Shown: piece by piece, positions 1-10,127 of the stretch
Layout of the letters: every line of letters begins with the position of its first letter
How positions within the stretch are numbered: position 1 is the first letter of the stretch
IMG/VR virus record: IMGVR_UViG_3300031623_001144
Coordinates: 3,971 to 67,970 of that record
Reading direction: 5' to 3' (one strand)
Source: a virus
DNA length: 64,000 nt
Translations under genes and position numbers: made by a program
Notes under the pieces: model-generated
Told to the model about the DNA's origin: nothing
What the model saw: only the letters and a program-made list of their open reading frames with translations
The model's database searches: none

Positions 1-496
1 GTGGTTTGCAGTATATGCTCTTGCTGCGTCTCTTGTTGCATATGCTGAAAAGATATGATTCGATTTTAATCCATCGAGCCATTAAAGACCCCACTTGAGA
101 ATTAGTGAGATCGCTTGCATCTGCATGAATGTGCAAGCCGCAATTTCGATTGGTCTTCAAGCCAGCGTTGGCGAGCCAATCAGCAATACCAGAAATTGCT
201 TTAACATCCTTGTCCCCACAACCAATATAGGATGCAATTTCCCATCCATTGTCGATGTGCTTTCCAAGCGGTCCACAAGTGGAATCATATTTCACATGCC
301 AGAAATCATTGCGACGAGTTTCTGCCCATCCGCCTCTGCCCTTGCCTTTAGTGACAACAACATCTTTTTGACTTCCATATAGAGCCTCATATCCAGAAAC
401 AGACATTCCAATTACGTCTTTAGAACACGTATTTGTCACCTCTAGCTCTACACCAAACCTTCTCTCGGAAGGTAATTCTCTATATCCAACGTGCAT
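1..496 (-). CDS. Putative amidoligase (Amidoligase_2 / COOH-NH2 ligase-like), runs off window edge
   Basis: Not in ORF track. Hand translation from ATG at 496: MHVGYRELPSERRFGVELEV...WHVKYDSTCG...WEIAS...NCGLHIHAD; FGVELE, WxxxxDS, ExxS and CGxHIH motifs match this family. Confidence 0.8.
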   Translation of the reverse strand, partial: MHVGYRELPSERRFGVELEVTNTCSKDVIGMSVSGYEALYGSQKDVVVTKGKGRGGWAETRRNDFWHVKYDSTCGPLGKHIDNGWEIASYIGCGDKDVKAISGIADWLANAGLKTNRNCGLHIHADASDLTNSQVGSLMARWIKIESYLFSICNKRRSKSIYCKP

Positions 497-510
497 CCTT
501 GCAGCCTTTT

Positions 511-810
511 TTATTTGGGGATACCATCCCAATTCTGTGTAGAGGGCCTTGTAGTCACTCCATCGGCATAAGGTTCAGAAGCACCCCTAAGAACTTCTTG
601 ATCGTAAGTAGGCGTTCCCACCTGAACCAATTCACCATTTTCCATCTTGTATAATGGACCTTCTGGAAGATTTGATGTGTCCGACACATCTTCGTCTGCC
701 ACAACAGGAGAATCTCCACCCAGATATCTTATCACTTTTGCCACAGAACCAGCAATAGCAATAGATATCAGTAAATTTAAGACGCATATAACAATAATCC
801 AAATTTCCAT
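511..810 (-). CDS. Small single-pass membrane protein
   Basis: Likely start MEIWIIVICVLNLLISIAIAG after GAGGGTG; hydrophobic N-terminus, acidic tail. Confidence 0.6.
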   Translation of the reverse strand: MEIWIIVICVLNLLISIAIAGSVAKVIRYLGGDSPVVADEDVSDTSNLPEGPLYKMENGELVQVGTPTYDQEVLRGASEPYADGVTTRPSTQNWDGIPK

Positions 811-823
811 TTCACCCTCTTTC

Positions 824-3800
824 TTAAACAAATACCGCATCTGTAAGATCGACTCTTTCTTGATCTTCTTTAACTCCAGATTGGGAGACTGTCAAAATCA
901 ATTCTGGATCAAATGTCCAAGATGGATTCTTAAACAATCCGATGTTATCGTAAATTGTATTTTGATAAATTGTAGCCAAAGGATTTACATCCGCAGCATT
1001 CAATAAAGTATTGTAATTAACTTCAAAATCCAATTCATTTGCGTTAACATCACACAAATCTTCTGGCAAAATACCAACAATTATCCTTGTGTCGAAATCT
1101 TCAAAAGTAGTTAAGTTTCTTCTGAATATTTCAACGGCAACTTTCCAAATGTTCATACCAATGTTTATTCCGCCCATATTGTTTGTACATTGCAATTCAA
1201 AAATGAGATCCCATTTTTCTTTAGTATCAGCATCAGGCGACCAACCATCAAAATGAAGATTGGTTTGCCAAGAGTCATTAGTTGTATTGTATCTTAAAAG
1301 CAACGTATCAGAAATAGGAAATCCATTTCTTGCAAGGAATTTTGCAAAAATGTTATCTCTCACCAAATTGTGACCAAATTCAACCACCAACGGCAAAGCT
1401 GTACAACCACATTGAGTTACTGTATCAGACAATCCTTCTACATCTTGCAAGTCTTCGTCTTCCGCAAAAGAAGCATTTGTCTGCAACACAACCATATCAA
1501 AAAAGAACTTTTCAACAGGAGTAGAAAGACTTCCCGGAGTAGCATCAGCAGACCCGCTAATGAATACAATGTTTCCATCTGACACATATTCCCAAGCATT
1601 TTTTGCCTGCCTTGCAGTTCCGCCTGTAAAAACACCACCAGATGAAGTGAAAGAAAATACTCCCTCTGGAACTTCAGCTAGACCACCAACACCGATTCCG
1701 CCTAAAACATCATGTGTATAAATGGCAGTTACTATTGGACCATCTAACAACGCCTGCAAAGGATCGGGAGGATCAACATTGAATACAAGTCCACCTTGCA
1801 TTGTCTCCCAGAATGGCTTGACTTCGGCACCGCCAATTGCCACCAGTCCACCACCGCCAATAAAGTCAACAAATTGCGGAACGGCATCTGCTGACCCTCC
1901 TACTTTCGGCTCTGTTATAGCAACAAGAGTTCTTCCAAAAGCCTCAATGGTCAACTCAATAGCTATTCCATCTATCTTGGCAAAAGCGTTTCCTGTCCCA
2001 TCAAAGTTAGAAACAGCAATGGCCACTCCAAAATTTGGATTATTGATTTCATCTGGAGTCAATGGATCAGCATCTAAATCTCTAAACGGAGTCAACTCAT
2101 CAAGACCATTTGACCCGTAAAACAATGAGATCGGCACATTAGGCCACTTCAAAGAAGTATCAGCAAGATTGTCAGACCGAATGGTGTCGCCATTAACCAA
2201 ATAAAGGTGCGAGTCTTTTATGTCTGTTTCCAGATAAGAATACTCATATTCCACAACAACATGATTAGGCCCCGGATTTCCATCCCAAACCAAAATCAAT
2301 GTTCCAGTATTTGGGTCAAGCACTCCAGTAGTAACTCTTACAACAGGAGACCCAATCGGACTTAAAGTAAACGCACCAACTGAATCAATTGAAAAAGTTT
2401 GAACAGCAACAGCACCATCAAAAATTGTTCCAGACAATGTTCCGGCAACAATTGGTATGTGATCTAAAACATCATAATTGGAAACTGTATCAACACCATC
2501 ATCAACGCTAGAAGTTTCATCTGTTGAAAAGAATCCAGAAATTGGACTATTTTGTGCAAATCGATTTGCCACCACCACTCTCAAGCCAACCACTTTCATG
2601 TGATCGTCTAAGTCGAATGGCCAGCCTCTTACAACCAAAAACTCACTAACTAGGTCTACTGTCTTCAAATCCACTATAGCATAAGAAGGAGATGATATAG
2701 AAGAAGCATCTGCTAGTATGGCCCTTTCAGGATTTGTCCATGAACTGGCAGCAACCGCAGGACCACCTAGAAGTGTTGATAAAGATTCATTCTCTCCATT
2801 TTCTGGCCAATCTGAATCGTAAAATATGTTGGCTGGATTTACAGTGCCATTGTCTTCCCATTCATAATGAAAACTATCAGATGTGTAACTAAGACCTATT
2901 GAATATCCGCCTCCCATAACCAACCCTGTTGGTTGCCCCACTCCAAGTCCTCTTGCTGTCCAGATCAAAGTTGTTTTTACTGGACTTACATCACCGTCAA
3001 CAACAACGCCTCCAGAAGATTCATAATGCCATGCACTTGATGTGATTCCAGAAATTCCACCTGTTTTCAAATTGTCTTTGTTCTTAAATTCCCATGTGGC
3101 CTCAACTTTTATTGAATCCACAAAAGCAATTGAAGTTCCAATATTGCTGACATCTTTCACTCTAAAAGCAACTCCAAAATCGCTTCCATTAAGGTCATCA
3201 ACGTCCCATACATTTTCAGAAGAAAACGGAACTTGTAAATCGGCTATTCCACTTGATCCATAAATTCTTGTAGTAGAAATCAATGGCCAGTCAAAATTCA
3301 AAGGAATGTTATCTGAAATTATTGTATCACCTTTAACCAACACAATACTAACGTCTCTAACACCAACTTGAGTTGACAATAGATTTATCCACACGTTGAA
3401 CCCAAAGATGTTAGCATCACTCGGAAGATTCAAATCAAACCCACGAACAATCAAATATTCGCTTTCTTTTAAGAAACTTACATCAACTTGTGCAAAAACG
3501 CCATCTTCAGTAAGTGCATTTTCTGTAACTTGCCATGCTACGGCTGATGGATTATTCTGACCTTCGAGATTGTTCTGACTTAATGATGTTGTCCCTGTGG
3601 GCAAACCAGAGTGTCTAGGCCACTCTCCTCCTGTGAACTGCCAATTTGTGAATTCTGTTTCTGCCACAATGGAGAAAATGGCACCGCCATCTCCAATGTA
3701 ATGATTAGAATAAGCTATAGCAGCATTATCTGCTTTCCAATCAGCCGGAACAGCTTCATAAAATCCAGCAAACAAATTCTTAGTATTAGAAACTTCTGCT

Positions 3801-6331
3801 TCTCCGCTTACAAACACAGACCTATTTGCCGAAAGACCTTCCCCAGATTCAAATTCCAAATTCCCATTGATCTGTATTCTGGAAATATCCAGATAAAAGT
3901 CCACAGTTAAATCAAAATCAACACAAAAATCAGCACACTGGGGGATGTCGCAAACATTCACTTCTTCAAGTGCATTGCAATTTCCATTTTCTTCATCAAA
4001 GTCATCAACTAATTTTTGTTGAGCTTCAAAGTCATCAATGATATTTCCCAAAGAAGCCGGTCTAGTAAATCTTTGCACCGACTCAATTGGAAGGATAAAC
4101 TTCCTTGCACTTAGCTTCTCGCAAAGTTCAGGCAATGATCTTGCTTGAACATTCAGGATATATTTTTGACAACAAGGATCGGCTTTAAGATTACACTCAC
4201 TTCCATCTCTTGCTTTTCCAATGACACGATAGAAAAATATTCCCAACTCGCCTGTGCTCCACAAGAAAGTGAGATCATTGAATGCAATGCTTCTTATTCT
4301 CCAAAGGAACTTCGTGGCGATATCGAATCGAGAATTAACAAGCGTCAAGTCAAGCCTGTTGTCAAGAATCACACCACCAATTGCGTTGTATTTCGCATCA
4401 GTGATGCCTTCGTTGCTTGCTCCTCCTCCAGTATCTACAGAAGGAGCACCAGTGCTAACCCATGATCTAGGCCCTTGGAATTTATTGACATTAGCCAACC
4501 CACCAAGTATCGCTCCACCAACTGGAATTTGCTCAGTTGCAATTACGGCAACTGCTGCCCCTGATGCTAATACACCACCTTGCATGGTGAATGATTGGAA
4601 AACATCTGAAGCTCCAGAAATTAAAGCTCCACCTTGCGGCCAGTAAAAGCTTAGAACATCAGCCACTCCCCCGGCCAACAAACCGCCGCCAACAAGTGCA
4701 TTTATAACAGAATCGTTTGCCGCCGCTCCAGCAGCGATAGCTCCACCTGATCCTACTTCATTAAAGAAATCAGGAACATGCGCAGCACCACCAAGAAGAC
4801 CACCACCACTTCCAAATATTTCAAGACTACCTGAAATAAAACCAACACCACCAGCTAATATTCCACCACCAACTTCAATGACATCAGAAGATGTGACTAT
4901 TGCTGCTCCAGCAACAATAGCCCCTCCCGAACCTACCTCATCAAACTCTTGAGGAATATCCGCAATGCCTCCAAGGATACCACCGCCACTTACAGACATT
5001 GCAAAATTAGACGAAACGGCAGCAGAGCCTCCAGCTAACGATCCTCCTATTGGTGTTTCAGTCCAAGTTTGAGATACAAGAGATGTTCCGCCAGCTAATG
5101 AACCGCCATTGATAGAAGCATTAAAAGCATGGACCGTTACAACAAGCTGGAAATTATCCATGTATAGAGATTGAGAGTTGCCACCACCACCGATATCAAA
5201 GATGTCACACCATACTCCAGCACCAGTTTCATCAAGACTAATTTTTGATAAAGCACCTGAAAACTGAGTAAACACTCCAGCACCACCCCCATTCGGAGCA
5301 ACGGACTGATTTGCTCCTAGTGCTGTAAAATCGCCAAAAATATGAGTTGTAAGCATCGCCGACAACCGACTGCCACTGGAAATTGCATCTTGACTATAAA
5401 ATGAAATCGTAAACTTTGTGCCAACATCATAACCAGAAATGTCTATCTCGTCATGATAAAAGTATTCAGCACCCGTTGTGCCAGAATCGGGAGTAACAGA
5501 CACATTTTCATGCTGAACTGTATCATAATCTGTTCTCCAATTTCCAAAATCAATGTTCCAATGATCTAATCCACATTCAAAACTAGGATTAGATAACAAA
5601 TTTATTGAAGAAACAAAATCAACACAATTGAAAGCGAAGCCGCCGCCTAAAGCTCCTCCGTCGCCACTTAAAGATGCGGAAGAAGTAACAGCAGCCGATC
5701 CTCCTGCTATGGAGCCGCCGCCCACCTCAACAACATCATAAAATGTTTGTGTAGCTGATCCGCCACCTGAAGCACCGCCGCTGATTGTTGTAACGTAAGC
5801 AAAGTGATAATTGATTCGCATAGAACCATGATCAACAAAAGCCGTTCCATCACCAGTACCATCAACCGTCGCAAACAACACAAATCCAAAATCTGAACCT
5901 AACACTTCATCGGTTGTAGGAGCTTCAGACCATGTGTCAGAAACTCCTCCATAATCTTCTGTCCCATCTGAAGCAGGCCACGAAGTGGCAGAAGCTTTAT
6001 CTGCCCCTCGTGTAATGGCACTGTTCGTTCCATCAGACCAAACCAAATGCAGGTATTCATCTACAATTCCATCAATCCCGCTATCCTTTCTATCGATGCG
6101 GACTTCAATTCCTTCAATTATAGCTTCTGATGTCAATCCACTAAAAGCAAAATTAGAAAAATACAGACCGTCAGACGTGCCATCCATCGTGCCGTCCAAT
6201 GCAACTGTTGCATAAGATCCGTCATTGCTAGTGGCATTGCTGGGACTTGTCCAAGCGACCAACCCTACTGGAATATCCAGAGAGTCATCAGTTATTGTTC
6301 CTGCATTTGTAAAGGCCGTCTGTCTTGACAT
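824..6331 (-). CDS. Very large (1835 aa) putative virion structural/tail-associated protein with internal repeats
   Basis: Gly/Ser/Ala/Thr/Asp-rich; many GG-x-x-x-GG-x-A repeats; three copies of a ~150-aa beta-rich domain (F..I.G..V...D..L.LV...WP...YG...D...FG); Cys-containing linker segments. Confidence 0.6.
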   Translation of the reverse strand: MSRQTAFTNAGTITDDSLDIPVGLVAWTSPSNATSNDGSYATVALDGTMDGTSDGLYFSNFAFSGLTSEAIIEGIEVRIDRKDSGIDGIVDEYLHLVWSDGTNSAITRGADKASATSWPASDGTEDYGGVSDTWSEAPTTDEVLGSDFGFVLFATVDGTGDGTAFVDHGSMRINYHFAYVTTISGGASGGGSATQTFYDVVEVGGGSIAGGSAAVTSSASLSGDGGALGGGFAFNCVDFVSSINLLSNPSFECGLDHWNIDFGNWRTDYDTVQHENVSVTPDSGTTGAEYFYHDEIDISGYDVGTKFTISFYSQDAISSGSRLSAMLTTHIFGDFTALGANQSVAPNGGGAGVFTQFSGALSKISLDETGAGVWCDIFDIGGGGNSQSLYMDNFQLVVTVHAFNASINGGSLAGGTSLVSQTWTETPIGGSLAGGSAAVSSNFAMSVSGGGILGGIADIPQEFDEVGSGGAIVAGAAIVTSSDVIEVGGGILAGGVGFISGSLEIFGSGGGLLGGAAHVPDFFNEVGSGGAIAAGAAANDSVINALVGGGLLAGGVADVLSFYWPQGGALISGASDVFQSFTMQGGVLASGAAVAVIATEQIPVGGAILGGLANVNKFQGPRSWVSTGAPSVDTGGGASNEGITDAKYNAIGGVILDNRLDLTLVNSRFDIATKFLWRIRSIAFNDLTFLWSTGELGIFFYRVIGKARDGSECNLKADPCCQKYILNVQARSLPELCEKLSARKFILPIESVQRFTRPASLGNIIDDFEAQQKLVDDFDEENGNCNALEEVNVCDIPQCADFCVDFDLTVDFYLDISRIQINGNLEFESGEGLSANRSVFVSGEAEVSNTKNLFAGFYEAVPADWKADNAAIAYSNHYIGDGGAIFSIVAETEFTNWQFTGGEWPRHSGLPTGTTSLSQNNLEGQNNPSAVAWQVTENALTEDGVFAQVDVSFLKESEYLIVRGFDLNLPSDANIFGFNVWINLLSTQVGVRDVSIVLVKGDTIISDNIPLNFDWPLISTTRIYGSSGIADLQVPFSSENVWDVDDLNGSDFGVAFRVKDVSNIGTSIAFVDSIKVEATWEFKNKDNLKTGGISGITSSAWHYESSGGVVVDGDVSPVKTTLIWTARGLGVGQPTGLVMGGGYSIGLSYTSDSFHYEWEDNGTVNPANIFYDSDWPENGENESLSTLLGGPAVAASSWTNPERAILADASSISSPSYAIVDLKTVDLVSEFLVVRGWPFDLDDHMKVVGLRVVVANRFAQNSPISGFFSTDETSSVDDGVDTVSNYDVLDHIPIVAGTLSGTIFDGAVAVQTFSIDSVGAFTLSPIGSPVVRVTTGVLDPNTGTLILVWDGNPGPNHVVVEYEYSYLETDIKDSHLYLVNGDTIRSDNLADTSLKWPNVPISLFYGSNGLDELTPFRDLDADPLTPDEINNPNFGVAIAVSNFDGTGNAFAKIDGIAIELTIEAFGRTLVAITEPKVGGSADAVPQFVDFIGGGGLVAIGGAEVKPFWETMQGGLVFNVDPPDPLQALLDGPIVTAIYTHDVLGGIGVGGLAEVPEGVFSFTSSGGVFTGGTARQAKNAWEYVSDGNIVFISGSADATPGSLSTPVEKFFFDMVVLQTNASFAEDEDLQDVEGLSDTVTQCGCTALPLVVEFGHNLVRDNIFAKFLARNGFPISDTLLLRYNTTNDSWQTNLHFDGWSPDADTKEKWDLIFELQCTNNMGGINIGMNIWKVAVEIFRRNLTTFEDFDTRIIVGILPEDLCDVNANELDFEVNYNTLLNAADVNPLATIYQNTIYDNIGLFKNPSWTFDPELILTVSQSGVKEDQERVDLTDAVFV

Positions 6332-7020
6332 TATTCCTCAAGTTTTTCAATGATATTTGCTACGAGTGGATGTCTGACAATAGAATTTGCCTTAAATTGA
6401 ACAACACCTACACCCGGCACGTCTTTGAGACGATTCATCACATTAGTCAAAGCAACATCACCGCCGCCTAAATCGCTTTGAGTTGGATCTCCAGTGATAA
6501 TGACTTTGCTGTTTTCTCCGAATCTTGTAAGAAACAATTTAAGCTGCATCATTGATGCGTTTTGTGCTTCATCAAAAATACAAACAGCGTCATCAAATGT
6601 TCGACCTCTCATATAAGCAATTGGAGCAACTTCAACAGCTTTATCAACCTTGTCTCTCCAAACATTATTGTCATCAGGATGACCCACAAGTTTATCTATG
6701 CAGTCATACATTGGTAACATGTATGGATAAACCTTGTTTTCAAACTCTCCGGGAAGAAAACCAAGAGACTCTCCAGATTCTACAATAGGTCTGGTTATCA
6801 CAATCTTCTTTGACTCTTTTTGTAGAATTCTCTCTATAGCAAAAGCACATGCAAGAAAACTTTTTCCTGTACCTGCTGGTCCTATTAGAAATAATACGCT
6901 GTGCTGCTGAAAAGCGGCCCACGCCATACTTTGGGCATCATTCTTAAATTCAATGTGGAAATTCCCACCAGTCTTTGTATTTCTCTTCTTGCCACCTATG
7001 TTCTTAGCCGTTCGTGCCAT
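6331..7020 (-). CDS. phoH: PhoH family ATPase
   Basis: GPAGTGKS, LGFLPG, YMRGRTF, DEAQN, GDPTQSD, VRHPLV. Confidence 0.95.
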   Translation of the reverse strand: MARTAKNIGGKKRNTKTGGNFHIEFKNDAQSMAWAAFQQHSVLFLIGPAGTGKSFLACAFAIERILQKESKKIVITRPIVESGESLGFLPGEFENKVYPYMLPMYDCIDKLVGHPDDNNVWRDKVDKAVEVAPIAYMRGRTFDDAVCIFDEAQNASMMQLKLFLTRFGENSKVIITGDPTQSDLGGGDVALTNVMNRLKDVPGVGVVQFKANSIVRHPLVANIIEKLEE

Positions 7021-7032
7021 AAATTCTCTCCT

Positions 7033-7305
7033 TCAAAACAAGTTATCTTTATTTATGAGAGGAAACATAGAATAAAAAATACCTGTTGCAACTTTTGCAA
7101 CAGGTATTTCAGACTTCCACAAATTGTTTTTCAAACCCGACACAACACTCGTCAAGCGACCTCCCAAAAGATAAATGTTGTGCTTAATAATCAAGTTAGC
7201 CACGTTATCCGATACGATTCCAGACTGGTTTAGTAATTTTATGTTGTGACTTACATAAAACTCTACGTTTCGGTAACTTTTCCTCCTCCAAACTTGATTT
7301 GTCAA
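7033..7305 (-). CDS. Hypothetical protein
   Basis: ORF only, TTG start, no recognisable motif. Confidence 0.35.
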   Translation of the reverse strand: MTNQVWRRKSYRNVEFYVSHNIKLLNQSGIVSDNVANLIIKHNIYLLGGRLTSVVSGLKNNLWKSEIPVAKVATGIFYSMFPLINKDNLF

Positions 7306-7579
7306 TGGTTATCTTAAATACAAGCAAATTGTACAAGGTATCTCCTTGCAAGAGGACGTTTTAACGGGCAGACGTTCAACCGGCCATTTTTTATGCGAAC
7401 AAGGGATAAGTTGCTAAACCCAGTGATATTTTTTGTAATGTGTAGTCACCATGCACCCACTCTTTAACGATGAGTTTATTCGCTATTTTTGAGTCTTTAG
7501 ATGACCGATTCCAAAGGAATCTTTACTTGTAGATGTTTCATTATACAGAATAATTTACTTCCTGCAAGATAGATAAGGT

Positions 7580-8029
7580 ATGATGGGTTCATTCAAACAA
7601 TTTATGGAAGATGAGATGGACGGCGAAAAAGCTGACATCGCCAATACACTTGAAAAACTTCCAGACAGCCACGCAGCACTTGTGCAAGGATACAACTGGA
7701 AATTTCATGCCGGAAACACTCTTAATGGGGACGAGGAGCATGTTGGCTACATGGATGATCATGAAAAAGAGATTGCCATAGCTGCTCCATACAATTATGG
7801 ACGAGAGTTTACAGTTCTACATGAAATTGCCCATCGTGTGTTGGAAAAGTTCGTTACACCAGAACACAAACAGATGTGGATGCAAATCGTACAGAACACA
7901 CCAGAGAAACAAGATCAAAATGCCGAAGAACTGTTCTGTATGGCCTACGCCAATCACTACGCCAAGAATAAAATCGTCATTCACGATCATCCTCAATGGC
8001 ATCAATTCATAGAGAACTTGCCGAAATGA
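7580..8029 (+). CDS. HExxH zinc-metallopeptidase-like protein with capsid-targeting-like N-terminus
   Basis: TVLHEIAH plus downstream EELFC; N-terminus MGSFKQFMEDE; TAGATA at 7570-7575. Confidence 0.65.
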   Translation: MMGSFKQFMEDEMDGEKADIANTLEKLPDSHAALVQGYNWKFHAGNTLNGDEEHVGYMDDHEKEIAIAAPYNYGREFTVLHEIAHRVLEKFVTPEHKQMWMQIVQNTPEKQDQNAEELFCMAYANHYAKNKIVIHDHPQWHQFIENLPK

Positions 8030-8114
8030 GCCAACTCAATCATAAACAATTTTTGGATCAGGACAATAATTCAGAATCGGGCACATGAAACAGTTGTTTA
8101 ATAAAGGTCTGAGA

Positions 8115-8861
8115 TCATTTAGACTGCTGAGTCTCTTGCATCAACCTTGCAACAATTCCCATAGCTTTCTCGCTCATCTTTTCAAAATCGCTAGGGTCCA
8201 TGCTGAACTGTCTGTAATGATGAACAATATTGTTTCTTGTAGCTTGAGGCTTGTGTCCTTTTAACTGCGCTCTCAATGTCATAATAAATGACATGCCAAC
8301 AATTGGAAGCTCTTCCGGCCACGGTCCAATATCATTCCAGCACTCTCTTGTCACCAACATGCACCATTCTTGAATAAAATCAACCTTCTGCTTTTGAATG
8401 TAATAGTGCTGCATGGAAGTTCCAACAACGCCACTTCCTTGAGATTCAGAGATGTTTACAAGAACGTCAATCCAAGCTGGATCAATTACAACTGTATCGG
8501 CATGTAAGAATATGAAATACCTTGAATTTGGGTCAGATACGCCAACACCTTGATTGCACGCTTCAGACCAAAATTTGTTTTCTTTATTTCTTACAACTTT
8601 GATTCCTTCTTCTTGAAGTACATCAAGAAACTCTTGTGTCTCTTGCCCAGAGTTATTGTCTACTACAATCACCTCATAGTTGTTTAAGTGACTGCAAACA
8701 TGAATCGATTGCAAGCAAATATTCAAATACTCTGGTCTGTCATGATGAATCACCACAATAGAAACCTGTTCTGTGCTTCCATCATGAAGATCAATTGTCA
8801 TCTCTGGTGGCCCATCTGGGCTCTCTAGCGGGTTGTGCGGTTGCTGGTTCATAAACATCAC
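8115..8861 (-). CDS. Glycosyltransferase family 2
   Basis: VSIVVIHHDRPEYL..CLQSI, EVIVVDNNS, FIFLHADT. Confidence 0.85.
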   Translation of the reverse strand: MMFMNQQPHNPLESPDGPPEMTIDLHDGSTEQVSIVVIHHDRPEYLNICLQSIHVCSHLNNYEVIVVDNNSGQETQEFLDVLQEEGIKVVRNKENKFWSEACNQGVGVSDPNSRYFIFLHADTVVIDPAWIDVLVNISESQGSGVVGTSMQHYYIQKQKVDFIQEWCMLVTRECWNDIGPWPEELPIVGMSFIMTLRAQLKGHKPQATRNNIVHHYRQFSMDPSDFEKMSEKAMGIVARLMQETQQSK

Positions 8862-8900
8862 TCCTTTTAGGATATTACAGTAATTAAGGATACATATTTC

Positions 8901-9065
8901 ATGCTCTTGATATTTAACAACAATTTAGACTTGCCAGAAACCAAATACATTGAAGCTGGCAGTGACATAAAGAAACGAGACTACAGTTTGTCTTTAGTGG
9001 TTACTTCCATTGGCGGATCAGCAACGAATGTCGTAGGATCAATCGGATGGAATGAGGTTTACTAA
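8901..9065 (+). CDS. Small hypothetical protein (54 aa)
   Basis: Below ORF-track cutoff; fills a gap; AAGGA/TACATA upstream; TAATG coupling to next ORF. Confidence 0.4.
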   Translation: MLLIFNNNLDLPETKYIEAGSDIKKRDYSLSLVVTSIGGSATNVVGSIGWNEVY

Positions 9066-9223
9066 TGACAGAAGAAATTCAAGCGCAAGGATTCATGGAC
9101 ATCTTTAAGTTGGCCGACAAGGATCTCATTGATAAAATCCTAGCCCTCTCAAAGTGCGTTAAGATTGAGCATCCTTCAGAGGGTGTCACACGAATCATTA
9201 TTGACTTTGTGGATCAGAAGTAG
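9065..9223 (+). CDS. Small hypothetical protein (52 aa)
   Basis: MTEEIQAQGFMDIFKLADKDLIDKILALSK...; GAGGT upstream; translationally coupled. Confidence 0.5.
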   Translation: MTEEIQAQGFMDIFKLADKDLIDKILALSKCVKIEHPSEGVTRIIIDFVDQK

Positions 9224-9437
9224 GCTCTTTAGGCTCTTCAGTCTCTACTTCTACATCTTCAAGTATTCCATATTCGATAACGCAATCAACCTCTCCAACT
9301 TTTTCTGTTCGTGGAAGATCATTATCAAACAAATACTTGCGCAAGCTATTTGGGCTGGTAGTTGCCTTTATGACGTTGATAAAGACAAACTCGCCCTCTA
9401 CTTGTCGAGCCACTTTTGTTAGAAGTGATATTTTCAT
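9198..9437 (-). CDS. Hypothetical protein
   Basis: ORF with ATGA overlap to upstream gene. Confidence 0.6.
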   Translation of the reverse strand: MKISLLTKVARQVEGEFVFINVIKATTSPNSLRKYLFDNDLPRTEKVGEVDCVIEYGILEDVEVETEEPKEPTSDPQSQ

Positions 9438-9778
9438 TCAATCTCCATGGACTCGATTTTTTCGATCCATACATTTGCCACTGCAACATTTGCACCGACA
9501 GTAACAATTTCTCTTCCACCATTTAGAATTGTGAAAGTGAGTGGCCCACCGGTAATTCTTCCCGGTCCATTTGTTATCACAATTCCCTTGTCGGCCAATT
9601 CTTGAACAGCAGAGAAGCACAAGCAATATCCTTCTTCTACCTCAACCTCAACTCCAGAGTGAACTGTTGCCACATATCGACTTGGCATCCCCACACTGTC
9701 TTGTTGACTGTCTTGAATTGATTGAACGCTAACTACCCCATTAACGATCTCGCCCTGTGTTACCTTAACTTTCGCCAT
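9434..9778 (-). CDS. Degenerate trimeric dUTPase-fold protein
   Basis: VHSGVEVEVEEGY, LADKGIVITNGPGRI, ILNGG, VAVANV align with dUTPase motifs 2-4, but catalytic residues are missing. Confidence 0.55.
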   Translation of the reverse strand: MAKVKVTQGEIVNGVVSVQSIQDSQQDSVGMPSRYVATVHSGVEVEVEEGYCLCFSAVQELADKGIVITNGPGRITGGPLTFTILNGGREIVTVGANVAVANVWIEKIESMEIE

Positions 9779-10127
9779 CTTCTCTCTCCTCTTCTGCGAT
9801 TATCAAATCTTCTACTGGAATCTCTGTGGCCCAGTCTTCGTTTGCTGCCTCGCTAATTGGTTGGTTTTGTTCTTTTTGACGCTTATCTCTGACTCTTGCA
9901 ATCATCAAATTGAAATTGCGTCTAAAATGCGGCAATGCTTGAGTTGGATAGCCTCCAGCTAATTCAATCAATCCATTGGTTGTATATTCATCAAGTCCCT
10001 GTAACCTAATCCACTCTGTAATAACCCCAAGCGTCATCTGTCTCCCAGCAGGATATTGAGCTACACCACGAGCTTGCTTCCCACGACCGGGAATAAAGAC
10101 TTCTGTTTTAATTTCGTTTCCAGCCAT
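9765..10127 (-). CDS. Hypothetical protein
   Basis: ORF with GGAG SD, coupled to neighbours. Confidence 0.65.
   Translation of the reverse strand: MAGNEIKTEVFIPGRGKQARGVAQYPAGRQMTLGVITEWIRLQGLDEYTTNGLIELAGGYPTQALPHFRRNFNLMIARVRDKRQKEQNQPISEAANEDWATEIPVEDLIIAEEEREDGES

Noticed and set aside
7306-7560. Possible decayed gene or ncRNA in the longest unexplained gap
   Set aside because: Only short broken minus-strand frames and no convincing stems; likely a divergent promoter region.
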